Shown: positions 1 through 11,990, numbered from the stretch's first letter. The stretch: DNA of 64,000 nt from Marsupella aquatica (GCA_973895155.1 OZ316895.1:6034687-6098686), one strand, 5' to 3'. Numbers and translations are program-made. The notes: generated by a model from the sequence alone, not told the origin.

Positions 1-23
1 TCTTTCCTGAAATACTGTGGCCT

Positions 24-515
24 TTGTTGAGGAAATTGTATCATGCCTTCAATCTTCAACACTACCTATTTATCAATCAACCAAAGTGGTCTATGATCAA
101 TGTTTTATCGGATAGGGATCAACAGGCTGCCATTTATGCGCTGTTGTCGGAGAGGTGGGGTAGTATGGTATGGGTTCCCACTGTTTTCCATATAGTCTTG
201 GATGTTACATCGGACAAAATTCCCTGGGATATCAAGAATGAAGTGCAACAATTGCCACCAATTGAGGAATTGACGGAGGAGGCGATCGAGGACCTTATAA
301 AGACATTAATTGGGGATCAGTATACAGGACCCTATAGAGACAATCATCTGGCATTTGTTTCGGAAATTCTGAGGACTAGAGACCTCACGACTAAGTTCTG
401 GAATAGAAAGCCTCTGGATTTTTGCAATCGCGATATGAAATATGACCCGTCAGGGTCTAGATTTACTTGCTCAAATGAATTCTGTGGGGAGGAGGGTCAT
501 GAGATTTGGGTCTAG
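24..515 (+). CDS. Partial ORF of unknown function, possibly the 3' end of a TE-borne gene
   Basis: 163-codon open frame running in from the window edge and ending in CxxxxC...H. No family recognised. Confidence 0.3.
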   Translation: MLRKLYHAFNLQHYLFINQPKWSMINVLSDRDQQAAIYALLSERWGSMVWVPTVFHIVLDVTSDKIPWDIKNEVQQLPPIEELTEEAIEDLIKTLIGDQYTGPYRDNHLAFVSEILRTRDLTTKFWNRKPLDFCNRDMKYDPSGSRFTCSNEFCGEEGHEIWV

Positions 516-2053
516 ATTATCTCGACCCTACACCAAACACTGATTATTAGTTAGGGGTGTATATTTGCAGAAAAGTGTGAAGCTTACCATAACATCCATT
601 TGGGTCTAAATGTTCTCGACCCTCTACTAAAGAAATAGGGTTTTACTTATAGATACATACTCATAGAAAGGTTAGTCTATTCGGGTCTTAACCCTGTACA
701 AAAAGAATAGTAAGTTAAAGATATACATTCAACAACGGGTTAGAATTATCTGGACCCTCCATTTGGGTCGAGATGATCAGCATATAGATTTTTACATAGT
801 AATTGATATGCATTCAACAACTGGTCAGAACCATCTCGACCCTGTAAAAGTAGGGTTATAATTTTATAACACATCACTTGTTTTCCCGGAGTTCCGTGTT
901 CATGACCCTTGGTTAGAGTGTGTCATTTTTAATGTTATCATTTGAATTTATGGTATTGTCAAACTAATATTGTCTTATTCTATATTTTTATCTGTTTATC
1001 TGTTTATATTTTAATTAATAATATTTATAATTATAACTTAGTTATTTAATAATTTGAGCATTACAATTGTAAATTTAGACTTTGAAAAGTGTACATTTGC
1101 CCACTAAAATGTATGTTTTTGGGGACAATGTTATAGAATTTTGGGGTGTAAAATAATAGATTTGAACGTCAACTTCTAGACTAGAGAAATTCCAGTTTTA
1201 ATGAATAGGGTGATAACTAATATTGTGAACCAAAGCCAGTTCTCCTTGCATTCTTGTTGAAGCATGTAGCCAAAAAGACTACGTTGAGTTGGATAAGGGT
1301 TGCATACAGGGTTGGATACTTCCTATTCTTAATGTGACATGCATCTAAGCTAGTTACATAATCATACTTAGGTTGAGTATAGTTAAGTGACTTCTCTGCT
1401 TGTTGGATGCACAATTAGGCCTTCCGTTAGAGTGTATTTCCGGTTCATCTCTCTTTCTCTGGTTTTTGTCTTTACCCTCACTTTCAATTATGCTTTAATT
1501 AGAAGTTACTCTCTAGAGGCTTCACTCTAGACAACATGCTTTCAACGTAGCTTTCCATCACATATTAGTAGCAGAAGGTCACGAGAAGCACAAGACAATG
1601 TGCATCAATTTACAAGCTGTGATAATATGAGCCTCACCCTTAGTTGACTCTAGTACAATGTACTCTAAAGCTAGGGGCAATTGTCTTGTGACTCCTGGAA
1701 GGCCTTCTGGTCATGGTGCTCATGGCTGAAGCTCCAATAGCAGACAGCTTCCAAACTTTCTGGGCAGGTCTACTTGAGTGCTGGCCAATGAACCAGGTAA
1801 CCATACACTAGTGAGTTAGACTACAGACTTTGGTCTATTGTTCAAGGCAAGGTTCAAAGCTCTTGCTTGACAATGACACACTTGTTTGCATGGTGCTCAA
1901 TTCAGTTGATAAAAATGGCGCACAAGATTACTATGATTGGTCATGGCAGTTTCAAATTGACAATCTGCAATCTGAAAAACCCTACGTACTTCCCAACGTA
2001 CATACAAAAGATTTCAACAACAAACTCTATTGTGTCATAAGATTCATATAAAG

Positions 2054-2085
2054 AACACAATGACGGACCAAACGAGAAGTGTGAC
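2054..2085 (+). repeat. Left terminal inverted repeat
   Basis: Inverted match to 12523-12554 with 2 mismatches, preceded by AAAG. Confidence 0.9.
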
Positions 2086-3148
2086 CACCCTTCTCGTTTT
2101 GCCCGATCGCAAAATCGCGGCTAAGTAAAGAAATCTCCAGTACAAAATGCCCATGAGTGAGAATATTGTTTGTTTTGGAGTCTTGAAAGTGAAGAGCGAT
2201 ACGCGGATCGCTCTTTGCATTGCGCAACCAAACAGTTAAAAAAAATCCACTTGAGACGGTAAACTGCATAAACTGCGCGGTTGACTATGAAACTTAACCC
2301 ATGGTTAATTCTAACTCAACTGTGGTTAACGGAAACTAACCATGGTTAATGGCCAAAACTATATATATGAGTGCCCGGCCGTTCATTTCTCTTTTGGACA
2401 AACACATACCACTTGGTGCTCCCTGATCATTGTTTACCAAGCTGCAAAACTAACCATACAAACCTACATTCGAGTATCAATCGCACGTTTGATACGAGTA
2501 TCGAAGGTTGCATTTGATCCTTATTTTGAACTTGAAATAGGAAAATCGATACCGGTATCGCCTTCTCTATTCCGGTTAGACTTCTTGAGAGGTGTTTTTC
2601 TTTTGCTAGGCCATTTGCGAATGCCCTCGATGATACGCATATCGCAAATTGGATTGCGGACCCAACTTTTGTGTTAGTGGGAAACTTCTGACACCGATAG
2701 CGCCAAACCAATTGAAGATTCACACAGGAAGCTTAGTCTTTTTGCGAGAAGGTACGGGTACCATACTAGGTTTTGATTTTATTTCCATTATAGCGGCCAT
2801 TTGCTAACATTGATCGGTGGTTTCTTAAACAGCTTGTAGAGGCACGAGAAGCATCCGTCACTTTGAAGGTATGGTTACCATAGGATCAATGTCGAGCAAA
2901 CTTATTGGCAAGCCGTATTCATAGGTTGTGTAAGTTCTAGAACATGTATATTTATGAAACCAAGTTATGTAGCCATATGATTTCCAGCTTCAATATGTTT
3001 ACATGTTTGTGGTAAATTCTAGGGTTTGGAGAGAGCGAGACGATACCAGTATCACGGTTGTCATTCGGAAGGCCTACTCCAAAGAGACTGGTATCATAGA
3101 TATCATTAAGTATATTAATCGATTGCACCTACCCTCTAATCCGTAACA

Positions 3149-6100
3149 ATGGCGCCCAGTCAGAGGAGTGGTTCTCAAGATGATGAGAGTTTGATGAGTA
3201 GCCTCTGCTCTTCAATCTGGCAGAATGAGGAGATTTGTGATGAGCAGAAATTCCTGAAGAAGAACTGGCATGTGCGCGACGCTATCAGAATGTTTCCTGA
3301 TAAGGAAATTGACAAACCTTTTTTTTGGGTTCAAATCAAGAAGTCTAAGAAGGTTACCCTTTCATTCGGTCCGGTTGTAGCGTTTGCAGTTTGTGACTAC
3401 GTGAAGGGAAGAGGGAAAGATAAAGAAGCCAAGCAGGCTTTAAATTTCTTGACTATGACGAGGACGAAGCCGTTCACTTCTATTATTCTCGGTGTGGATT
3501 ATTTTGACTTGAAGGCGATGGAAGCACACCCAGAGGATGCAGTTTTCAAGGAGTTGACAGATATTTTCTCTTGCGATTTAAAATTGACCCCTGAATGGTT
3601 TGAGAAATATGTTGTAGATGTGACGAAGTACTGCTGCCACAAGTTCAGGCAGAATACAAGAAGATTTTTGGACAGGATTTCAAAAGACACTAAAATTGAA
3701 AGTCAAGAGAAAGACTGCAGAGGTAAGTGGGAGCTTGACAACACAGGATCAGGTTGACAAAGATCGTGAGGGAGGATCAACCGGTGGAACAAAAGTAGGA
3801 AGTAAAAGTAGAACAGGTGGTCAGCGAAAAGAGACTAGCCAAGGACCGAGTGATGAAGCGGTGAGTGGAGGTGCATCAGGGAGCCACCCGAGAAGGAAGC
3901 GATCCGGTTCTCGTTTGAGTAAAGATGATGACACCATTGGGGAAGTGGAAACCAAAAATTTGAGTGACGTCCAAAAAGGGAGAGACACCACCGCCGCATC
4001 CGAGGGAGCTTTAGAAGTTGAAATGTTTCGACAAGACATTGTAAGTAATGTTTAATCGTTGAATAGTCCAAAGAAAGTGGTTTGATGATTATTTTGGATT
4101 TCAGTACCAATTGCAACATCCGTGAGCTTGTGTTACCTCTTTTGAACATGCGTTATGCGTGACTTTTCAGACAATCAGGTCACTTGTGTTTTGCTATGAA
4201 ATTTATGATACCGGTATCGGTTGAAACATCCCCATTATTGTTTATAAAGCTTTTGTTCCTCTCATGCTTGGAAACCTCATCCTAAGATGTTTTCTATGTA
4301 GGATGGAGACGATCTTACCGCACTTGAAAAGTATGAGACTGATGCCCTGCGCGCAGATCTTTTTGAGTTGATGACGAGTCGTAGAGTACTACGAACTACT
4401 ATTATTTTAAGTGTGAAAAATCTCATTCTTGATGAAGGATCTGATGAATCTACCCTCATCCGCCCGGTGGATCGTTTACATGTGGAGAATATCAAATCTC
4501 TTTTGATCCAAAATCCAACAAATTTTAGCGCACCGTTTGTTCTTCATGTGGACCCAAGTGATTGCCCAACAGTCAAGGATTGGGACCAGTCTAAGTATAT
4601 GAACTGGAAGTATAGAGTGATTGGCGGGAATCATGGTGCCCGGGCGAAGAATGAGTTGTTTGAACAATATGGGAAAAAGATCTTTAGAGAAGTTGAAGCA
4701 TGGGTTTACGCTGGCCTCTCAAAACCTGAGTTTCGAAAATTGGGTTGGCAGCATAACATAGACCAGGAGTACAGGAAGACAATGACAAATACTGATAAAC
4801 TCAGGGCCTGTCATAATTTGTATTTGGAGTTCATGCAAACGAAGAAAAAGGATCTTCGATTTTCTTGTTGCAAGGAGTGTGGCCTTGTGTACAATCCGAA
4901 GGATAGAGAGAGTGTTTCAAAATATGATCCAATGTTTCAAATTGCATTTCGGCACGGAGAAATATGGGATCTTACAGATACAATTTTGACAATGTGGTCA
5001 AAGTTTGAGGTTCTTGGACAGGTGAAGGCGAAGTCTCCTGTAAAGCCTGCTCCTCCCAAGGGCAAAGGGAAATCAAGAGCGAGAGCAAAACCTGTATCCC
5101 AAAAGTTGCACAAACTAGGAGGGGATATCAACTTCTTTCCATTCAGAGCACTTCAAGGTCTTGCAAATGAGGAGCAGCAAAAGCGGTTATTGAGGAGGGT
5201 ATTATCCAAAACTATAAGTCTTGATCAGATGCACCGTGAAGGAGAGCTCTTGAAAAAGCTCTTCAAGATAAGGAAATTGTTTCTCCAAATATCCGGTCAG
5301 CCAGATTGGGCTACATGTCGATTGTTATTTCCTGAAGAAACTCAGGTTTCAGTTCTGACAACGTGGACGGAGAAGTTGAGCGACCAGGTAAAGGAGTTTT
5401 TCATTACTTATATTGTTTTATATAGCTTGAAAGAGAGGAGCGATACCTGTATCTGCTTCTCCATTGAATTATTTGTTATTTTCTTTCATTGTGGGTTCTA
5501 GAGTGGAACCCAATACGGATGTCATTTTTTTTAGATTGAAAAAGGAGATACTGGTATCTACTTCTCCATTGTGGGGTCCTGATTGAATCCCACTACCGGT
5601 ATCATTTTTTGGAGTTTGAAAGAGAGTAGTGATACTGGTATCTGCTTCTTCATTGACTTTTGTGAAGCCTTGCAGCTCAAAGCATACTCCAAAAGGAAAG
5701 TGATACATGTGGAGGAGACCGAGGTTCAGCCGGCAAAGCAGATCAAACTCCCGGCTAAAGACATTCCACATTATTTCCGGAATTTTGTACTTGGAGCGAT
5801 TGAGAAATACAACTGGCAACAGAACATCGCGTCTGTTGAGATTGCTTCAACAGATTACGCCTGGAAGAACGCTGATGGGGATTCTTTCCCTTATTCATTG
5901 CATCTTGGAGATGTTCATCGTTTGGAGGGGTTCTTGAAACCCCAAAATTATACTCTCGCTGTTGCTGATGTACCATATGGTTTTAATGCCCCTGGGTCTG
6001 AGTTTGATGAAGTTCCTTTTTCAGAACAGGATGTCGTCGAGATGGTCACCTCTTTTTCCAAGGTGCCATATTGCCCAAGCTGGAATATGGCAAAAGACAA

Positions 6101-6693
6101 ATATTCATCAACATCCATCTGGCCCAAGATTAGCTTGGGCCTTTGAGAATTGGACCATTGGGTACTACTCGGAGGAAGGAATTCAAAAAAAAGATATGTA
6201 CAATTTTGAGCCAACGGATTCGAGGGTTAACATCATCAGTATCCCTTGTGTCACAACAAAAGCCCTAACACCACTGGGGTTTATTGTTAACCCTTATCAG
6301 AAGCCAGTTGGAGTGTCTGATTGGTTTGTGAATTATTTTAGCAACAAGGGAGATTGGGTGGCAGACTTGTGCTGCGGGACAGGGGCAACTTTGGTTGCGG
6401 CCCTTTTGAATTCTCGCAACGGATGCGCGGTGGATAAGAGCTCTACTCAAATTGAGTATGTCAAAAGTCAAATCATGACTTTGGACTCTGCTTGGAGTCT
6501 ATTTGACAAAGCCTCAATTGTCGGAGATGGAGAAAGCTCTAAGGAGGTTCAACCTCCCATTGGCGATGAGCTAGGTTCAATTGGAACGGATGCTTATGTA
6601 AACGAGTCGCCAAGGGAAGATGAAACTGAAAATGAAGAGCAGCTTCCGCAGATGCCCAACGATGAGGATCTTAATGAAATGTTGTTAGATTAG
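3149..6693 (+). pseudogene. Transposon-borne ParB/Srx-like domain + beta-class N6A/N4C DNA methyltransferase fusion; 3 predicted exons (3149-4040, 4302-5387, 5676-6693), 2 frameshifts
   Basis: Phase-0 GT-AG introns 4041-4301 and 5388-5675 join the ORFs in frame. The ParB-like signature reads IRPVDRLHVENIK...PFVLHVD...YRVIGGNHGARA...AWVY...HN. MTase motifs appear in beta order: LHLGD, catalytic ADVPYG (DVPYG at 5967-5981), IWQK, NPYQKP, then SAM-binding VADLCCGTGATLVAA..RNGCAVD. Frameshifts occur near 3692-3695 and near 6063. Confidence 0.8.
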
Positions 6694-7804
6694 TTAAATA
6701 AAACATTATGTAATATGCCACTCTTAGTTGTCATTATTAGAGCTACATGGGATTTGTACTTAGTAAATATTAAATCTGATACCAGTATCTGGAATATCAT
6801 ATGTAGCTTTATATCAGTATGTACACTTTCCAGATGATAAATACTACTTGCAATACCAGTATTGGAAATCATATTCCAAACGGAGAAGGAATCAAATAGA
6901 ACCCAATTAAACTGCACTTTGGATGTCTATTCTAAACTGATGTGGGACTGTTTTCTATCGAGTGAAATAGTGCGACACTTTCTATGCAACTCAAACTTCA
7001 GTAGTCCATCAAGAAAATTCAGGGTGATTACTAAATGTGAACTTGTGTAAATTGTCTAGACAACTTCTGTGCAATGGATCATTATATCCAAAGCACGGAG
7101 GTTGTCAAGACAGTCTACATGAGTTATGTTCACATTTTTACAAGAGGGCAGTTGGTTTGTTAGTCAACAACCATCAAACTGATGTGTGCAAGGCACAAAA
7201 CAACAAAAAATACAATGGAAACTATAAAATTGATGATGTTTGTACCTCAGATGTTTTTAAACGTCTGAGGTAACTTCATCATCGATGCTATTCAGAGTAT
7301 CATTATGCGATGCAATACTATGAATATGACCCCATTTTGGGTTTGCTCTAAACAGCTCCGAAAGCATACCTTCTCGAGATTGCAAATGCAATATCTAGTC
7401 CATTAATATTCGTGAACTCGATCTTGCATTCAATCTCACGAAGGCAAGCTTTCGGAATGAAGTAACCACATTTAGTGGCTTGAAGGTGGCTTGTTTGTCA
7501 TTTGGTAAGTTATTGTTTCTGTACACGGTTTATATGGCAATCGGTACACAACAAAGCAAGGAGCGATACTGGTATCGTATCTGGTTTTTGTAGTCATCTT
7601 TTTACATGTGTGAGAGATACTAATTTTGCTCGATGGAAATTTATTTTCACTATAAGGTATTGGTACACATTCGACACTGATACGTTTTGGTACACATTCG
7701 ACACTAAAATACATTACCATTCAACAATATGTCCAAAAAAAAGCCGCTTCTTTATAATAAAATACTATTTACGATACCAATATCAATAACCACATTTGTT
7801 ACAA

Positions 7805-10800
7805 CTACAAAATTTCTTCAAGCTGTACATCTAGCATGGCTGCCTGAATAATTCTTCGTGTTTTTGCTGGCAAGGTGTTGTTTGCATTCAAAGAAAAATT
7901 GTAGGCATAAATTGCAGTTTCAGAAAGGCAGATCTCTCCATGCAGAGCTTTGTTTGATGATGCTTCCTTCTCAGGATAATATTTTCCTTCAATTGCTGAC
8001 AGCTCCTCAGAATCCATCGTGTACCATGATACCAATATTGTCAGGCACTTCATCAACCTTGGTCAGTATTTTGGTAACCTTTGCCATCCAAAAAGGCCTC
8101 CCATTTTGATCTGCATGGGCTGCAACACAAGTCATTGAATATTTGTTATTTACTTCAAGAATCTCCTACCTCGGAAATCCTCTTCCGAGCTCCACAGTAC
8201 ATGGCCTTCTCTGGACCTGCAATTTTCTCAATGAGATCAGGTTCAATTGTAGGCGCCCTCCCATCCATCAGGGTCTCTCGATGCTTGTTTGATTTTGGCC
8301 AGACCCAATCAAACATCCACTGTGCTGGCTTGAGGTGATTTTGGATGACATCTTCCTGTTTGTCAAAGAAATTCAGCCACCACAACTTATCCTTGTCGTC
8401 AAAATAATTGAATCCCTCCTCAATCGCTTTCCAATATTTCTCCAATGTTTCTCTTTCTACTTCACCAGTAGCATCTGCTCCGTCCCCTCCATTGGTGCTT
8501 TTCAACGCCATTTGAGGTGCAACCCAGAATGTGGTTGTTGGGATGTAATTCACAAACTCCATGGGATCACCCCAACTTGGGGTTGTTGAAATGTGTTTGG
8601 CATGAAACAAAACTTTTGGAATTCCATTTTCCCCAATCACACGTTTATTTGGAATTGCTTTTGAAAACTGATCTGATGAAGTGGTTGCAAAACATGCCCG
8701 GTTGCCCCAGTCCTGTTGGGTTGATCTTTATCGCTCACAAACTTCCAAAAATCCGCTGTTTCTTCTACAAATATTATCTCAGATTTGGGATTGTACGAAC
8801 CCTGTATAATGTCAACAAGAGTATCCACTCGGAAAGCTTTGCGTTTGTTCAGTTTTGAGGAAAATTTGCTGAACATTTGGTCTATCTGATCATGTGTGTG
8901 GCCAACCAGCAGAAATCCAACCTTGATCTTCTGGAAAACCCCCAACTCTACAAGCATATTTAAGTAAGCAAACAAGAATTTATTCTTGTTCTCCCGAGCA
9001 GTGTTATCCAACTGTAAATATAGCACCGGAGGTAGCACTCCCTCCCAAGTATTCAAAATATTTTGAATAACATGGATTGTAAGGTTAGAGTCATTGTGAA
9101 TATTAGGGTAATTGACATATACCTTGGCCTTCAACTGACCATTGAATATCAAACTGCCCACCACATATAGAGATAAAATATTTCTCATCCATGTTTTTTG
9201 GACATCTGGTGAAGTGCGGTAACTCCGTCTTCATTTGGTCCATCCCATCAATACATATCCGCAAGTACTTTTCTGGGTGCTTGTAACATTTATTCCGGTG
9301 CTTTGCTAATTTCTCCCGCTCGACTCCTTGTGCTGTGCGATGCTTTTTCAACAACATAGCATACTTACCTGAGAAATATCAAATCGGTAACAAAGTTATT
9401 ATAAAAACATTATTGCAACACTAGACTGCTGGTCTATTGGCATTTTGAGGTGTGTGGCAAAAACCATCTTCCAATGCCAAGACCTATAAATTTATAGGTT
9501 TTGGTATTCTAAGCTCAACAACACATCCAATTCCAATCAATATGGATAAAACAAAAACTTACTTTTCTCTGATTCGAGCGTAGCTTTGTCACAGAGAGCT
9601 TTGAATTCTGTGCATGGACCGCAAGTCGAAAAACAACTTCTTTTTGGAATACAAACTCGAGGAAAATGTTGCTTCCATGTCCGACAGAACCAAGAATATG
9701 TAACCCCTTGTTCTTGGCGCAACAGAGTTTCAGTTCGGAAGGCATCAAAGACTTCAGCTTTCGTCCAATTGTCAGGCAAATGAAAAATTTCCTTATTGGG
9801 AAGTCTTTCAACGTTACTCCTAAAAAAATCATTTAACCACTCTATTAAAGTAAGATGAGTGGAGGATTTTTCTCTACAAAATACATTGTTCTCGATACGA
9901 GAGAACATATTTTGGGTTATCCTTTGAAGGCGATTATTTCCAATTGAAAATAATTTCTTAAAACCTTCTCGACAAAAAGAGTTTCCAGACACACTGTACC
10001 CGCATGACCCACTCTGGTTATTCCTAACGCATCCTCTTAGAAGTATATTCTTCTCTCCACGGGTCAGGCCAAAATAATAGGTACGCTCTTTCGTTACTTC
10101 AAGTAAACCGAAAGTCCTCAAACACATATTGTCACAACATGGATACTTGAACACTTCTTTCATTTTTCTCCTCTTTAAATTCTCACTTGTAACAATGTCT
10201 TTCTTGGCTATCCTATCCCTATGTTTCTTACTAGGGACTTTCAGTTTCACCCTATCCTGAAATTCCCTTGTTGAATCATCGCTTCCATGGTCTTCACAAA
10301 CCTCTTCGATGACGTCCTCATTGTCAGTGTTTGGCTCACTGAAAAGGTGGCTATAGCTACTCTGTGGCTCATCGCCTCCATCATCAGCTTCTAAACATTC
10401 TAACACAACTTGTGCAATTACTTCGGACTCTCTATCGTGTACAGAGGCATCTTCCAGACTTTCTTCATCACCAGAATCATCAAAAGATTCAGAACATACA
10501 ATTGGAGTTCTGGGTTCTCTAAACTTGACTTGAACTATTGCATTACGAGAAATACCTACCCTAGGTAACCCATACCTTCTAACTGGAAATCTTGAAATAG
10601 TACCCGTCTGAATTGGCGTTGTCTGTGGACTATTCTCTTTAGGACCATTATCCTCATTTGGACAAGATTCAAAAAGTCTATGCATACACTTTCCTCGAAG
10701 CATTCAAGATTGAGTGGAGATAGGACTTTGGAGTCCCATGAAAGCCACCCTATCAGTGGATGTCCGCCCCAACACTGGCAATGCTCAAGGCAATACGCGT

Positions 10801-11237
10801 ATCGTCTTTGGTATTCGCGACTCCGTTGGCTCTCGAAAAATCCTCCTTTGCACCTGAGAGCTAGTGCTCACTGAATTTCTCGGATCCAATCCTGACGCCG
10901 ATACCTGTATCGTTCTTCGGATTCCTTCTCCATATCCGGGAATATATGGATGGTTTATAACAGCGTCGAGCTCCCAAACCTAGTATTGTAAGTTTCTCTA
11001 TTCCTGGTCGAAGAACACTCAGTAGACGTTGTTTATCTGGCTTACTAGGGGAGACATATAATAAGACCCTATCTCTGGCGCAGAACCACCGTTTGAGTCT
11101 GAACCGGAATCCAAGAGTTCGGGTATGACACGCTGGGACGGGGAAAACTTCTTCAAGATATGAGAAGGTAGAAATCTTGTTTGAACATTAGGAGATGACT
11201 CCACAGAACTCTCTTGGGAATCAGATGTACGAGACAT
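7805..11237 (-). pseudogene. Transposase, Sola-like/DUF7869-type DDD family, frameshifted
   Basis: Segments 9537-10703 (Cys-rich CCDNMC, CREGFKKLF, FSTCGPC), 9103-9357 (ICIDGMDQMKTELPH), 8637-9188 (LYLQLDNTARENKN...FLLVGHTHDQIDQMFS), 8155-8640 and 7805-8056. Predicted intron 9369-9562. Frameshifts near 9185, 8640, 8160 and 8030. The 5' start is uncertain (ATG 11237 is a candidate). Confidence 0.85.
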
Positions 11238-11402
11238 GATGAATCAAAAACTCTATGGCAGTTCACATTCGTCTCTTGAACCTAGTGTTGCAAAGCTTGT
11301 CTCATGAACTTAGGGAAGAGAGATAGGGAGCAGAGAGATCTAGACAGCGGAAATGACTCCCGACCTCTAATGGAATGAAGTCCGATAACTTGAGCGTCCG
11401 CG

Positions 11403-11450
11403 CTTTTATAGTCACTGTGGCGGAAGATTTACGTGGCAATTTTTGATTGG
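11403..11450 (-). promoter_or_regulatory. Candidate TATA box (CTATAAAAG) and CCAAT box for the transposase
   Basis: Minus-strand CTATAAAAG at 11403-11411 and CCAAT at 11446-11450, upstream of ATG 11237. Motif match only. Confidence 0.35.
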
Positions 11451-11573
11451 CTCCCGCTAAGTGGCAAAATAGTCTAGAGTCGGGCCCCCATAATTGGTCC
11501 CTGTATCTGAGTTTGGAATTGATGTTTGAATTTGAGCAACATTTAAATTAAGGTGGTCAAAAAGGTGAATGGC

Positions 11574-11990
11574 AATACCAGTATCGCTGTTTGCATTGGA
11601 GTCATTTAAATGTGATCCTGGAGGACGACAAATACCGGTATTGTTATGTTTATTGGATTGGCATTAAAGGTTGTCGGGAGAAAAAGCTATACCGGTATCG
11701 CGGTCTGTATTGGAGTGGTGTTTACAGGTGGTCAAGGAGGAAGAGAGATACCGGTATCGTGGTCTGTATTGGAGTGGTGTTTACAGGTGGTCAAGAAGGA
11801 AGAGAGATACCGGTATCGCGGTCTATATTGGAGTGGTGTTTACAGGTGGTCAAGGAGGAAGAGCGATACCAGTATCGCGGTCTGTATTGGAGTGGTGTTT
11901 ATAGGTGGTCAAGGAGGAAGAGCGATACCAGTATCACGGACTGTATTTGAGTGAGGATTACAGGTGAACCGGGAGGAAGAGCATCACCAG
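11574..11990 (+). repeat. Subterminal tandem array, 59-bp unit (about 4.5 near-identical units plus degenerate ones), each containing GATACCRGTATC
   Basis: Palindrome cores at 11688, 11747, 11806, 11865 and 11924 give a period of 59. Degenerate units at 11574 and 11631. Confidence 0.95.

Noticed and set aside
3149-6693. Bacterial contamination or a restriction-modification system
   Set aside because: The gene has spliceosomal introns, lies within eukaryotic TIRs next to an intron-containing transposase, and no cognate endonuclease is visible.
11591-11954. Three overlapping repetitive ORFs and a superficially CRISPR-like array
   Set aside because: The ORFs are translations of the 59-bp tandem repeat. 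The units are repeated in full with no unique spacers, and no cas genes are present.
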